Below are positions 20,964 to 30,717 of a DNA stretch of 64,000 nucleotides, one piece after another; the stretch's first letter is position 1, and each line of letters opens with the position of its first letter. The position numbers and the translations under genes are program-made. The stretch is from Capsulimonadales bacterium (GTDB taxonomy: Bacteria; Armatimonadota; Armatimonadia; Armatimonadales; Armatimonadaceae), in contig JANRLW010000070.1 in assembly GCA_033762295.1 (NCBI GenBank), positions 1 to 64,000 of the forward strand. The letters are read 5' to 3'. The notes below the pieces were generated by a model that searched no databases, was not told the DNA's origin, and saw only the letters and a list, made by a program, of their open reading frames with translations.

Positions 20964-23024
20964 TCAGCCCAGATGGTCGGCCAGATAACGATGGTACAGT
21001 TCGCACCGGAACCGGATCGCGCCGTCCCGCTTGCGGACGATTACCCCGGCGGACATCAGGCGATCGAACGAAACCGTGTCGGTTACCGTCGCCGTGCCGT
21101 TCAAAACCTGGCGCACGAACGCCCGGACCGTGGGCAATTCCGTAATCCCCAGCATCAGTCGCTGCAGATGGTCGTGGAACGGCCCGTCGTCCCGTATGGC
21201 GTCCTGTAGCAGCGCGGCGCAGGTGAACGTACCGGTCGCGACGCTATCCAGAGCACGACGCGAGAGAAACGGCTGACCGGAGAGAAGCCCGTAGACCTGC
21301 TCCTCCTCGAACGACGACAGCGGGTTGCCGTAACGATGGTTCAGCAGGTGAAACTGTTCCGGATCGAAATCGACGAGTTCCAGCTTTCTGCCGACGTTAA
21401 ACGGCGACTGGTTCAGGTCCCGAATGAACAGGCGCGCTTCCGTCGCATAGGCGATGATCAGGGTGAGCCGGTCCCAGGGACCGTCGGGCCGGTTGGCACG
21501 GGAGTTGTGGAAGGAACGGATCAAACCGTAAAAATCGGAGGCGAATGTCGCCGGAAAGACCTTATCCGCTTCATCCAGGCACCAGACCAGCGGCGTGTCG
21601 GCCGAGTTTACCAGCGACTCCAGGAAATAGTTCAGATTTTCGTTGGGCGCGAGAAAGTCGTCCCATTCCTGTTCGAAGTCGTAACGAAACCCCTGCTGTT
21701 TGGCCATTGTGGCGGCCAGACCCCGATAGAAACGTTTCTCGTCGGCCAGGTAGGACGCATTCACCTGTTGGAAATCTGTCTGCAGAACGCGCGCGCCCGC
21801 GGCCCGCGCCTGCTGAGCCGCCCTCGCCAGCAGACTGGTCTTCCCGACCTGACGCGGCCCCGGAATCAGAATGATGCTTTCACGGGCGTCCACCGCGGCG
21901 GTCAACAGAGTGTCGCACGGACGGGAAATATAGAACGCAGAGTTCAGCGGAACCGCGCCCCCGACCGGTTCCAGACGGGTCGCCTCCACCGGACGCAGGG
22001 GACCGCGAATCGCCGAAACGATCTCCGCGACGATCCGGTAATCGTCCTCGGAGGAGTTCCGGACCAGCGTCGGCAGATCGTGCAGCCAGCGGGTGACCTC
22101 GTCGTCCGCGTCAGGCAGTTCCTCGGTAAGCCCGACCAGCAACGGGAGAATAGCCGGTCGGCCCGTGTCATCGAAAAACTCCCGGGCCTGCTCCAGTTCC
22201 CAGGGAAGCATCTCACTGCGGCGGCTTTCCGGTGAGACGACCGCAATCACCGCCTTTGCTGTTCGAATTCGCTCGCGCATCTCCTCGGCCCAGCCGGGCC
22301 GGAAGCACCGGTTGCGATCACGGAAGACGTGAAACCCCTGCTCCTCCAGAGAACGTTCGATAAAACGCAGTATCTCTTCGTCCCTTTTCCCGCCCCGACG
22401 ACAGAGCAGCACCACGGTCGGCGAATCGGATTCGGAAACAAGATCGGACGCATTGATGGAAGGATGGACCCCTCCCCAGTGCGCCGGAATGGTCCGACTG
22501 CCGATCCGCATTCCCGCTTCCTCCGTCACCAGGGTGAACAGAGTCAGTTCCAATCCATGTTTGGCGATACGCTGGCCGAGCGGGAAAAGGAGATTCCGCC
22601 AGTGATCGGACTGCCGAAGCCAGTTGGCATGCTGTTCCGAAAGCAGTATATGTCCGGCATCCCCCTGGTCCATGACGCGTTTGGCGGTATTGATTCCCTC
22701 GCCCACCACGTTCCGCTTCCCCGAAATATCGTTCAGGATATGCACCAGGCCGCTATGGAGGCCGATGCGGAGGGGGATGGCCCCGGCAATCCTCCGGGTC
22801 AATTCGATCGCACAGCGAACGGGCGCCGTGACGTCGTCCTGAAAGACGAGCGCCATTCCGTCTCCGGAGGGAACGGGAAGAACGCTTTCGGCCACCCGCG
22901 CCTCCACGAAAACGGGCAGTTGATCGACGGTTTCCGTCAGCAGCCCGAAGATGCGCGATTGCTCTTCCAGCGAAACCGTGCTGTAACCGACGATATCGAC
23001 GAACAGAATGTGGGCGATCCTCAT
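20964..23024 (-). CDS. Class III nucleotide cyclase - TIR - AAA_35 (STAND) ATPase fusion
   Basis: FVDIVGYS, GDG, LRIGLHSG and INTAKRV (cyclase); VFRD...SEMLPWELEQA (TIR); GGAVP, GPRQVGKTSL, LDEAD and SPFNVG (AAA_35). The start could lie further upstream, up to 23165. Confidence 0.85.
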   Translation of the reverse strand: MRIAHILFVDIVGYSTVSLEEQSRIFGLLTETVDQLPVFVEARVAESVLPVPSGDGMALVFQDDVTAPVRCAIELTRRIAGAIPLRIGLHSGLVHILNDISGKRNVVGEGINTAKRVMDQGDAGHILLSEQHANWLRQSDHWRNLLFPLGQRIAKHGLELTLFTLVTEEAGMRIGSRTIPAHWGGVHPSINASDLVSESDSPTVVLLCRRGGKRDEEILRFIERSLEEQGFHVFRDRNRCFRPGWAEEMRERIRTAKAVIAVVSPESRRSEMLPWELEQAREFFDDTGRPAILPLLVGLTEELPDADDEVTRWLHDLPTLVRNSSEDDYRIVAEIVSAIRGPLRPVEATRLEPVGGAVPLNSAFYISRPCDTLLTAAVDARESIILIPGPRQVGKTSLLARAAQQARAAGARVLQTDFQQVNASYLADEKRFYRGLAATMAKQQGFRYDFEQEWDDFLAPNENLNYFLESLVNSADTPLVWCLDEADKVFPATFASDFYGLIRSFHNSRANRPDGPWDRLTLIIAYATEARLFIRDLNQSPFNVGRKLELVDFDPEQFHLLNHRYGNPLSSFEEEQVYGLLSGQPFLSRRALDSVATGTFTCAALLQDAIRDDGPFHDHLQRLMLGITELPTVRAFVRQVLNGTATVTDTVSFDRLMSAGVIVRKRDGAIRFRCELYHRYLADHLG

Positions 23025-23030
23025 AGGTTT

Positions 23031-23078
23031 GGTCAATGGTTTGGTTAATGGTTGGGTTAATGGTTGGGTCAAGGATTG
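23031..23078. repeat. Imperfect 12-bp tandem repeat x4 between the STAND genes
   Basis: ggtcaatggttt / ggttaatggttg / ggttaatggttg / ggtcaaggattg. Confidence 0.85.
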
Positions 23079-23106
23079 GATGAAAGTTGGTGAATGCGGT
23101 GTTCTT

Positions 23107-26100
23107 CTACCGGGTCCCGGTCGGGCGAACCGCCGTCGCTCTCTCCGGATGGCCGGACGCTTCACGTCGAAGGACGAGAATCATCCGGCGATTGGGCCAG
23201 TCGGACGGGGCCGGGGGTCTGTTCGGCGCGTACTGTCCGGCCTGAAGCAGGCGCTCCCGTGCGGATTCCGGATTCTTCAGACGCGCCGCCGCCATGCCTC
23301 CGAAGGTCGCGCACCACGCTCGCTCCCAGTCCGACAGCGAATCCCACGCGCGCGAAGCGCGCAGCCGTTCATACAGGGCGGATGCCTCGGCGTACCGGCC
23401 TTCCCGGTATCGCCAGGCCAGCACCACCGAAAGCTCGGGCGCCGACCCGTCTCCCATGAGATAGAAGGCCAACTCCGCGGCGTGCTCCCGGGTCTCCCGC
23501 GAGACCGACGGTGTGAGCGACGCCAGTCGGAGCGTGGAGACCGCCGCTTCGCGAATATTCTCCGCGGGCGTCTGCGGAGACGCGCCCAACCATTCGGTTA
23601 CCAGTTGCGTCGCCCGGTCGCACAGAAACCGATACCCGCGTACGTCCCCTAACTCGAGGAGCAGTACCCCGCGTTCCGCCAGCAGATAGGTATTGCCGGA
23701 ACCGCCCAGAAGGAAGGCGGTACGGTTCAGGTCCTCCAGCGCGCCCGCCGCCGCCCCCTGCCGAATCAGAGCGTAAGCCCGATGTTCCAGCGCCCATCGG
23801 TCGATCGGGTCCGCGGGGTCCGCCTCCGTGCTGTTGAGCAACTGCGTCAAATGCCCAACCGCCCCGGCCCAGTCGCCGCGAGCCAGACATACCTTCGCCC
23901 GCAGTTGCAGGACGCGCGTCGGGGCCGTCACCGGGTTCGTCCGATACGTCAGCGAAGCCCGCTTCAGCCGGGCCCAGGCGGAATCGGTCTCCGCCGGGGT
24001 CGGCAGCTTCATATCCCTCTCTTTCCGGTCACGGTTGAAAGGGAGAACATGCGTCGTCGCCAGTACGGCGGATAGGTCTTGCGCCTGGGACAGAGTCAGG
24101 GAGGAGATCGGCGTATCCCAGCAGACGACCCCCAGCCACCCACCGGAAGCGACCGATCGCCCGTCGGGGCTGATCGCCAGCGTCACACAGGAGTTGATTC
24201 GCTTACGCGGATCGTCCGTCCGGAGGAGGGACAGTACACGGGCGTCCTTGCGAAGGCCCATCAGCATGCCGGAGTCGGCGTCCCAGAAGCGCACGACACC
24301 ATCCTTGTTGCCGGTTGCCACGAATTGACCGTCCGGGGAATAGGCGATTGACAGGATGGCGGTGCTGTCGCTGTCGCGGATCGGCGGGATGCTCCATCGT
24401 CCGGTTTGCAGGTCCCACAGGTAAACGGTATCGGCTTCGTTAAACCGGGTGAGAAGCCGTTGCCCGTCGGGGCTGAAATGCGCTTCGACCGGAGTATGCT
24501 CATGAGGAAGACGTCGCCATTCCTGGCCGTCGGCCACCCGATACAGGACGGCGTCCTGAGGTGCATCGTGATCATTTCCGATCGCGCCGAAGCTGAGGAG
24601 GTGGCGCCCGTCAGGCGAGAAGCGGAGACAACTGCCCGAGGTATTTTCCTGACTCCGGACGAGTGAGCCGGAGTCGTTCAGGGAGCGTCGCCGGAGGTCT
24701 CTGAGTTCCATTCGCCGGTCTTGGGACAGGAGGGCGAGATACTGCCCGTTCGGACTGATATCCAGGTCGACAATTCCGGCCGGCAGGCGCAGCGGAGTGT
24801 TCAAAGGACGTCGGGCACGCGGATCGACCGGAACGAGGGTCCCTTTATCGCCGGCGAGGTACAACGTACGGTGGTCGGCAAACCGGCAGCGACGGATGTT
24901 TTCGCCGCCGGGCAGGAGGAACCGACCGATGAGACGGCCTGACGGAACCTCATAGATCGCCACCCCCTCGGAGCGGGATTCGCTTCCCGTCCTGAGCGGC
25001 TCCGATAGAGGTGATCCGATCACCGTAACGTCCCGTTCGCTGCGGTACCTATCGAGAACGGCGACCAGTCGGCTGTCCGGACTGAAGCTGATGTGGTTCA
25101 GAGGGTAGAGATTGGACGCATTGAATGGCCGTGCGGACAACCAGGCCGTTTGCGCGATCCCGGTTCGGGCGTCGGTCAGCAGCATTCCCCCCTCACTCTT
25201 GATCAGAGCGATGAAATGGCTGTCCGGGCTGAAAACCGTTTGACGAACGAACATATCATGCCACATCGTCGTCAGTTGCCGGGCGGAGGACGGCGCGGTA
25301 TCCCAGAGCCGCACCCGGTTACCATCATCCACCGTGAGAGCGAAGCGACCGTCCGGGCTCAGGTCCGCCGTTTTGGGAGAAGCCGCTATGCGCAAGGGAG
25401 AAGCGATACGCTGACCGGTCCGGGGATTCCAGAGGGCGGCGGTGTTATCCTTGCTGGCGGTAAGGAGTCGGTCGTTATCCCGTGCCATGACCAGGGAGAC
25501 AAGCTGGGCGCCATGCGCATGGAAGGCCGTAATGAATCTGGCCTCAGCGCTGTTGCTACTAAGGGCATAGGTGAAGACGAGGCCGTTCATATTGGCGGCC
25601 AGAAGCAGTTCTTCGCCCGGTGCGAAGCAGGCCAGCGTGGTGTATTTTGTGTCGAGAAGGTGTTTTCCGTCGGGGTCTCTGGGAAACCGGACCTGTTCCT
25701 CCGCGCCGGGCGATGGCAGGGGAAGGAGGACGGTGCCGTACTCGGTAGCAAGGACGGCACGCCGGGCAGCGCGATCGAGGGCAACGGAATGAATCCCGCC
25801 CCAGACGGGAAGACGAGCGAAGGGGTCCGGGGAGGAGGCGGATCGACCGTCCGGCGGATCGAGTCGATAGAGGCAGAGAGAGTCCTGATTGTACGTTCGG
25901 GAGGGAAGCCGGACGGCGAGGAGTTGCCCGTCACGGCTGATCTCCGCCATGATCCGGGTGTCGGGGAGGGATTGCTCGAACACGATGCGCCGTTCCTCGG
26001 TGTCAAAGACAAGGAATTTATTGAGTTCCCGTTTATCCGAAGATATCAGGCGAAGGACGATCCGACGGCCCCGGTCGGAGAGGCGGTAGCCGTCCGGTTC

Positions 26101-28170
26101 CATCCCGGGAGGAAGCGGCACGAAGAAGGGCGGACCGACCGTACGGACATGTTCTCCGATGATGTCGAGTATTTGCGCCTGGAACCGACCGCCACGGGTT
26201 GTCCGAACGGTCAGCAGGCGATCCCGGTCCGCAGTGAAGGCCGCCACCCGGGGAAGGTCGTTCCGGTCGTCGTTCCGTTCCGCGAGCCGGGCGAGCGTGA
26301 ATCCGTCCGGATCGGGCGTCGGAAACCGCAGTTTGAAAGCCGGGGACCGATCGGAGTCGCCGGCGGAAGAAATCAGTCCGCCATCCCGGCTAAAGGCGAC
26401 AAACGGCGTATATCGGTCAACCGGCGTCGCCTGGAGGAGACGGGGCGACCGGTTCAACGCTTCCGTGATCTGGGTGCCATAGACCCGGCGTCGTTTCGGA
26501 TCCTTTTCCCGGTTCCAGGCGTCGGCGAAGAACGGCAGGGAGGCCAGATAGTCTCCGGAGTGAACGGCGGCCATCGCCGTGTTGACGTCGCGAGTAATGA
26601 CCTCCCATTCGGCGACCTGCTGGGATTGCTCGGCCCGTCGTCTCTGTCGGGCCTCGCTGATTCGCGCGGAGGAGGCGACCTGTTCCTGGCGTCGGGCCTC
26701 TCGGGCGGCCTTGTTGGCGCGTTGGCTGGCCTCCTCCGCCTGTCGCCTCTGCCGCTCGGCCATCCGTTTCTGTGTTTCGGCGACCCGTTTCTGCCCCTCG
26801 GCGATTTCGGTCTGCCGTCGAGCGTTATCCCGTTCCTCCTGGGCAATGAGCCGCTGTCGATCCGCTTCGCTCTTTTGGTTCTGGGCGATGGCCTTTTGTT
26901 GTTCGGCGATATTTTTCGCTTTCAGTGCCTCCGCCCGTTGCTGAAAAGCAAAAAATGCCAGTGCACCAAAAAGGAGGACCAGGGCGCTCAGGCCGAGCGC
27001 GGCCCGCTTTAACCCGGCGCGGTACGCGCTGCGCAGGCGGCGCTTCTCGGCGTCCGGACGGTTTTCGTCGATCCATTCCCGGTCGAAGACCCGACGATAG
27101 ATGCGGTTTCGGACACGAAGGCTACCCTGGTCCACGCGAACGATGCCGGACAGTTTCAGCAGTACGACCAGCGGGTTGGTTTCGTCATCGGGAACCTGCG
27201 ACCGTTCCTTCAAAAGGCGCTCATACAGCGCCAGAATCGCCGCCTTCTGCGCGTCGTCCGCCGGGTCGATCGATCCCGTCTTCCGGGTGAGCATCCGGTT
27301 GGCAACATCGGCCAGGTGGACGTTCCCCCGGCGCGCGGCGCGTTCGAAATACATCTCCTCGACGAGAGCGTCCACCATGCGGACAGTGCGAAGCGAGGTG
27401 TCCTCAGCGATGCGGGCGCAGAGAGATTGGGTAAGAAACGGGTGTCCGCCGGTCCAGTAGTAGACACGATCCAGCCAGGCGTCGCCCGCGCGACCGGCGC
27501 GATTCAGCCCTTCGCCGAGGGGAGCGATCTCCTGCCGGGTGAAGTCGCGCAGGTCGATCAACCGCCCGATATTGAACGGGGACAGGCGCGTGTCGCTGAC
27601 CAGATCCGCCGGCGCCGCGGAACCGACGAGGCAGAAGGTGAGATGACGGAGGGCGGGTTGAGAGACACGCCGGTTGTAGAGCGACCGCAGGGCTCCGAAA
27701 AACTCATCCCGGGAGAAGGAAAGGTTGAGAACGGAATCGATCTCGTCGAGAATCAGAACGATCGGGCCGTCGATGCGGGCCAGAGCGATCTCCTCCAGGG
27801 CGGAAAAGAGCCAGGAGACCGGCGTCTGCTCGGCGCGTTCCCGACGATGCTGAGTGAATTCGGCATGCAGACCGAGTTCGCGTCCGATCCGACTGAGCAG
27901 CGTCGCATACCACGCGGCCGAGGTGGCGTTCACTCCGCCGATCGCGCTGAGTTCGAGGTAGACCGTGCGAACGTTGCGCGCCTCCAGCTCCTGCCGAACG
28001 CGGACGCAAAGCGAGGACTTGCCCATCTGCCGCGTATTCAAAAGGTAACAGTACTCGCCGTCCAGCAGACCATGGAGCAGTTTCTCGTCGGAGTCTCTGA
28101 CCAGATAGGAGGGGGCGTCGGTGGGAAGTGTGCCTCCGATGCGGAAAAAAGTACGGTCGTGTGCGGACAT
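23107..28170 (-). CDS. AAA_35 STAND ATPase - TM helix - coiled coil - WD40 - TPR protein
   Basis: GGTL, RQMGKSSL, LDEID and SPFNIG; one TM segment; Q/E/R-rich coiled coil; many FSPDG / LWD repeats; TPR-like C-terminus. Confidence 0.9.
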   Translation of the reverse strand: MSAHDRTFFRIGGTLPTDAPSYLVRDSDEKLLHGLLDGEYCYLLNTRQMGKSSLCVRVRQELEARNVRTVYLELSAIGGVNATSAAWYATLLSRIGRELGLHAEFTQHRRERAEQTPVSWLFSALEEIALARIDGPIVLILDEIDSVLNLSFSRDEFFGALRSLYNRRVSQPALRHLTFCLVGSAAPADLVSDTRLSPFNIGRLIDLRDFTRQEIAPLGEGLNRAGRAGDAWLDRVYYWTGGHPFLTQSLCARIAEDTSLRTVRMVDALVEEMYFERAARRGNVHLADVANRMLTRKTGSIDPADDAQKAAILALYERLLKERSQVPDDETNPLVVLLKLSGIVRVDQGSLRVRNRIYRRVFDREWIDENRPDAEKRRLRSAYRAGLKRAALGLSALVLLFGALAFFAFQQRAEALKAKNIAEQQKAIAQNQKSEADRQRLIAQEERDNARRQTEIAEGQKRVAETQKRMAERQRRQAEEASQRANKAAREARRQEQVASSARISEARQRRRAEQSQQVAEWEVITRDVNTAMAAVHSGDYLASLPFFADAWNREKDPKRRRVYGTQITEALNRSPRLLQATPVDRYTPFVAFSRDGGLISSAGDSDRSPAFKLRFPTPDPDGFTLARLAERNDDRNDLPRVAAFTADRDRLLTVRTTRGGRFQAQILDIIGEHVRTVGPPFFVPLPPGMEPDGYRLSDRGRRIVLRLISSDKRELNKFLVFDTEERRIVFEQSLPDTRIMAEISRDGQLLAVRLPSRTYNQDSLCLYRLDPPDGRSASSPDPFARLPVWGGIHSVALDRAARRAVLATEYGTVLLPLPSPGAEEQVRFPRDPDGKHLLDTKYTTLACFAPGEELLLAANMNGLVFTYALSSNSAEARFITAFHAHGAQLVSLVMARDNDRLLTASKDNTAALWNPRTGQRIASPLRIAASPKTADLSPDGRFALTVDDGNRVRLWDTAPSSARQLTTMWHDMFVRQTVFSPDSHFIALIKSEGGMLLTDARTGIAQTAWLSARPFNASNLYPLNHISFSPDSRLVAVLDRYRSERDVTVIGSPLSEPLRTGSESRSEGVAIYEVPSGRLIGRFLLPGGENIRRCRFADHRTLYLAGDKGTLVPVDPRARRPLNTPLRLPAGIVDLDISPNGQYLALLSQDRRMELRDLRRRSLNDSGSLVRSQENTSGSCLRFSPDGRHLLSFGAIGNDHDAPQDAVLYRVADGQEWRRLPHEHTPVEAHFSPDGQRLLTRFNEADTVYLWDLQTGRWSIPPIRDSDSTAILSIAYSPDGQFVATGNKDGVVRFWDADSGMLMGLRKDARVLSLLRTDDPRKRINSCVTLAISPDGRSVASGGWLGVVCWDTPISSLTLSQAQDLSAVLATTHVLPFNRDRKERDMKLPTPAETDSAWARLKRASLTYRTNPVTAPTRVLQLRAKVCLARGDWAGAVGHLTQLLNSTEADPADPIDRWALEHRAYALIRQGAAAGALEDLNRTAFLLGGSGNTYLLAERGVLLLELGDVRGYRFLCDRATQLVTEWLGASPQTPAENIREAAVSTLRLASLTPSVSRETREHAAELAFYLMGDGSAPELSVVLAWRYREGRYAEASALYERLRASRAWDSLSDWERAWCATFGGMAAARLKNPESARERLLQAGQYAPNRPPAPSDWPNRRMILVLRREASGHPERATAVRPTGTR

Positions 28171-28371
28171 CGTGGTTAATTATAACCCCGACCTGACAAT
28201 TATGAGCGGGTTAATTTGTAAAAATCTAAAAATTCGGAGGGACGACGTTGTGGGAGGGGAAGGTATCATATCGTGGCGACGTCCGCGCCTTCTTCGCTCC
28301 GGCGGATGGCATAGCCGGCAAATACGAACGACAGGCAGGCCGGTGAACTGCGCGGACGACAGGAGGATGAC

Positions 28372-29916
28372 ATGACCCAGGTGGGATTCGGCGTGCGTAC
28401 CGGACGCCGTCTGCTGTTTCCAAGACTGGCGGTAGCCGCAGCAATCGCGGCGATCGGCGGCGGGGCGTTCGGTTTCGCCAGTGTGCTCTGGGGGCGTCAG
28501 CAACCGTCGCCTTATGCGAACGGCGTCTGGATGGCCGGTGACCACCATATCCACACCCGGTATAGCGGCGACGGTCAGTATCAGATCGAGCAGCAGGTCG
28601 CTCATGCGGCGGCGCACGGTCTGCACTGGTGCGTCATTACCGACCATGGCTCGCGCCGCCATGAAAAGGTCGCGCTCGATCAGGCGTACCCGGACCTGGT
28701 TGCCGCCCGGCGCAAGCATCCCGAAATCATCGTGTTTCAGGGGCTGGAATGGAATATCCCGGCTGCCGAGCACGGCAGCGTGATCCTGCCGATCTCCGAC
28801 GACGAAGCCCGAAGGATCTCGGAGTTCGAGGCCCGTTACGACGAGCGGAACGAATCCCTGCCGGACACGCCGGCGAACACGGAAGCCGATGCCGTCGCCG
28901 GGGTGAAGTACCTGCAGGGGCTGTCTCCGAAACCGCTGTTCATCGCCAACCATCCGGCGCGGCGCGGACTGGACAGCCCGCATGAGATGCGCGCCTGGTC
29001 GGACGCCGGTCCGGACGTCACCCGTGGCTTCGAAGGCGCGCCGGGGCATCAGGCGGCGGCTCTGAACGGAGGCGCGCGCGGCGGTTATGGCAGCGACCCG
29101 GCTCCTGCCTCGTTCTCCGGATATCCGACCGCCTCCTATCGAACCTGGGGCGGCTATGACTGGTACGTCAGCCAGGTGGGCGGGCTATGGGACAGCCTGC
29201 TGGGTGAGGGACGTTCCTGGTATATCACCGCCAACTCCGACAGCCACCGCCACTTCACCGATCGAACCATCGTGGACGCCTCCACTCTGGCCGAAAAAGG
29301 GTATGTCACGCCGACGGATAAAAAAGCGGACAAAAACGACAACGAGGACTATTATCCGGGCGAGTACAGCAAGACCTGGGTGTTCGCGTCCCGACGTGAA
29401 CCGGGGGCGGTTCTGGAGGCGATCCGATCGGGCAATATGTTTACGGTTCTCGGCGACCTGATCGACCGTTGCGAACTGTACGCTCTGTCGGGCGATCGGA
29501 CCGCCTCGATGGGAGGCACGCTGTCGCTGGATCGCGCCGGGCAGGAAGTGAACATCCGTCTGCGGGTCCGCGTTCCGTCCCGGGCCAACTTCGGCGGGAA
29601 GCGCCCGACACTGCACCATATCGACATCATCACCGGCGACATACGGGGGACGGCAAGCGACCGGGACGCAATGACGAACCCCGGCACGCGTGTCGTGGCG
29701 ACCCTGCGGGCGAGCGAGGCGAAGCGGGACGGGGAGTTTCTGGAGTTCACGCATCGTATTCCGGACGTGCGCCAGGACTTCTTTGTCCGGGTGCGCGGCA
29801 CCAATACGGATGTCGATGCCCCGCGTCAGGATGTCGGCGCGGCCGACCCGTGGGGCGACCTCTGGTTTTACAGCAATCCGGTCCGTGTCCGACTTCCGCA
29901 ATCCGGGCGTTCGTAA
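28372..29916 (+). CDS. Secreted PHP-domain phosphoesterase
   Basis: AGDHHIHTRYS, ITDH, ANHP, ANSDSH and DLWFYSNP; signal peptide. Confidence 0.8.
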   Translation: MTQVGFGVRTGRRLLFPRLAVAAAIAAIGGGAFGFASVLWGRQQPSPYANGVWMAGDHHIHTRYSGDGQYQIEQQVAHAAAHGLHWCVITDHGSRRHEKVALDQAYPDLVAARRKHPEIIVFQGLEWNIPAAEHGSVILPISDDEARRISEFEARYDERNESLPDTPANTEADAVAGVKYLQGLSPKPLFIANHPARRGLDSPHEMRAWSDAGPDVTRGFEGAPGHQAAALNGGARGGYGSDPAPASFSGYPTASYRTWGGYDWYVSQVGGLWDSLLGEGRSWYITANSDSHRHFTDRTIVDASTLAEKGYVTPTDKKADKNDNEDYYPGEYSKTWVFASRREPGAVLEAIRSGNMFTVLGDLIDRCELYALSGDRTASMGGTLSLDRAGQEVNIRLRVRVPSRANFGGKRPTLHHIDIITGDIRGTASDRDAMTNPGTRVVATLRASEAKRDGEFLEFTHRIPDVRQDFFVRVRGTNTDVDAPRQDVGAADPWGDLWFYSNPVRVRLPQSGRS

Positions 29917-29951
29917 ATCCCTTTTGAGGGCGGTCGATCACCGAACGAAAA

Positions 29952-30159
29952 CAGTCTGATGGAAAAATCATCCATCAGGCTGCCTGTTTTGGGTGCAGGT
30001 GCGGAACTTATCGCGAAGAATTCCTGCGCCAATCCTGTTCGGTACGCACCGATAATCGTAGAGACAGTCATGCTGAAACCGACCCGCACCCAGGTTCGCG
30101 CCCTCTATACGACATGGCCCGACGATGGTACAGCAGGCCAGCGACCACACACGGCATGA
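29952..30159 (+). repeat. att-like copy A: hairpin + tRNA-fMet 3' fragment + conserved coding tail
   Basis: 41 nt (29956-29996) identical to 42001-42041; similar to 49709-49755. Confidence 0.85.
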
Positions 30160-30169
30160 ACTGACTTGG

Positions 30170-30455
30170 CTCCCGAATGATCTACCCCTTCGGTTCGGGA
30201 GCCTCATCGTATATTGCTCGAATCTTGGCGGCATACACAGTATCGTTTACATTGTTGACCGCCGAGCGGTAGTGGCGGAACTTGGCGGCTATTTCCGCCG
30301 CGTCTGTCGAGGAACTGTTCGACCTGCTCGCCCAGCAGAAGGTCAAACCGGTGATCGCCGATGTCATGCCCCTGCGTGATGCGGCAAAGGCAAACGAAAG
30401 GCGCGAAAAAGGCGAAGTAAAGGGCAAATTAGTGCTGAAGTGCAATTTCGAGTAG
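30170..30455 (+). pseudogene. C-terminal remnant of a zinc-binding/quinone oxidoreductase
   Basis: Frame VEELFDLLAQQKVKPVIADVMPLRDAAKANERREKGEVKGKLVL* with no N-terminal part; start coordinate approximate. Confidence 0.7.
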
Positions 30456-30468
30456 GGAACGGTTTGTG

Positions 30469-30678
30469 TCAGGCGAGACGGCGTTTTTCGACGATATCGA
30501 TCTGGACCACCCGCCCGTCCTGAATAATCAGTTGGACAGAGCCATGGCGGACCTTCTCAATCGCGGCTTTGATTTCCTCAATCGGGATCGGGTGACCGTT
30601 TTTTACCGTATCCGATAGATCCGTCGGAGGAGCGGGGGGGTTGTCACTGACCTGAGCGATCTTTCCGGTTCGGTACAT
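30469..30678 (-). CDS. yezD: YezD/OscA (DUF2292) small protein
   Basis: IKAAIEKVRHGSVQLIIQDGRVVQIDIVEKRRL; last gene of the ssu operon; alternative GTG start at 30699. Confidence 0.85.
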   Translation of the reverse strand: MYRTGKIAQVSDNPPAPPTDLSDTVKNGHPIPIEEIKAAIEKVRHGSVQLIIQDGRVVQIDIVEKRRLA

Positions 30679-30717
30679 GGCATCCAATCCCTTAATCACC
30701 GATTGATAATTAAGACT

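Noticed and set aside
25093..27012. 639-aa plus-strand ORF (also 19164-20963 and 17485-19005)
   Set aside because: Antisense shadows of well-supported genes.
29959..30159. Stand-alone 66-aa gene MEKSSIRL...
   Set aside because: The ATG lies inside the terminator hairpin with no RBS; better explained as an att-linked coding tail.
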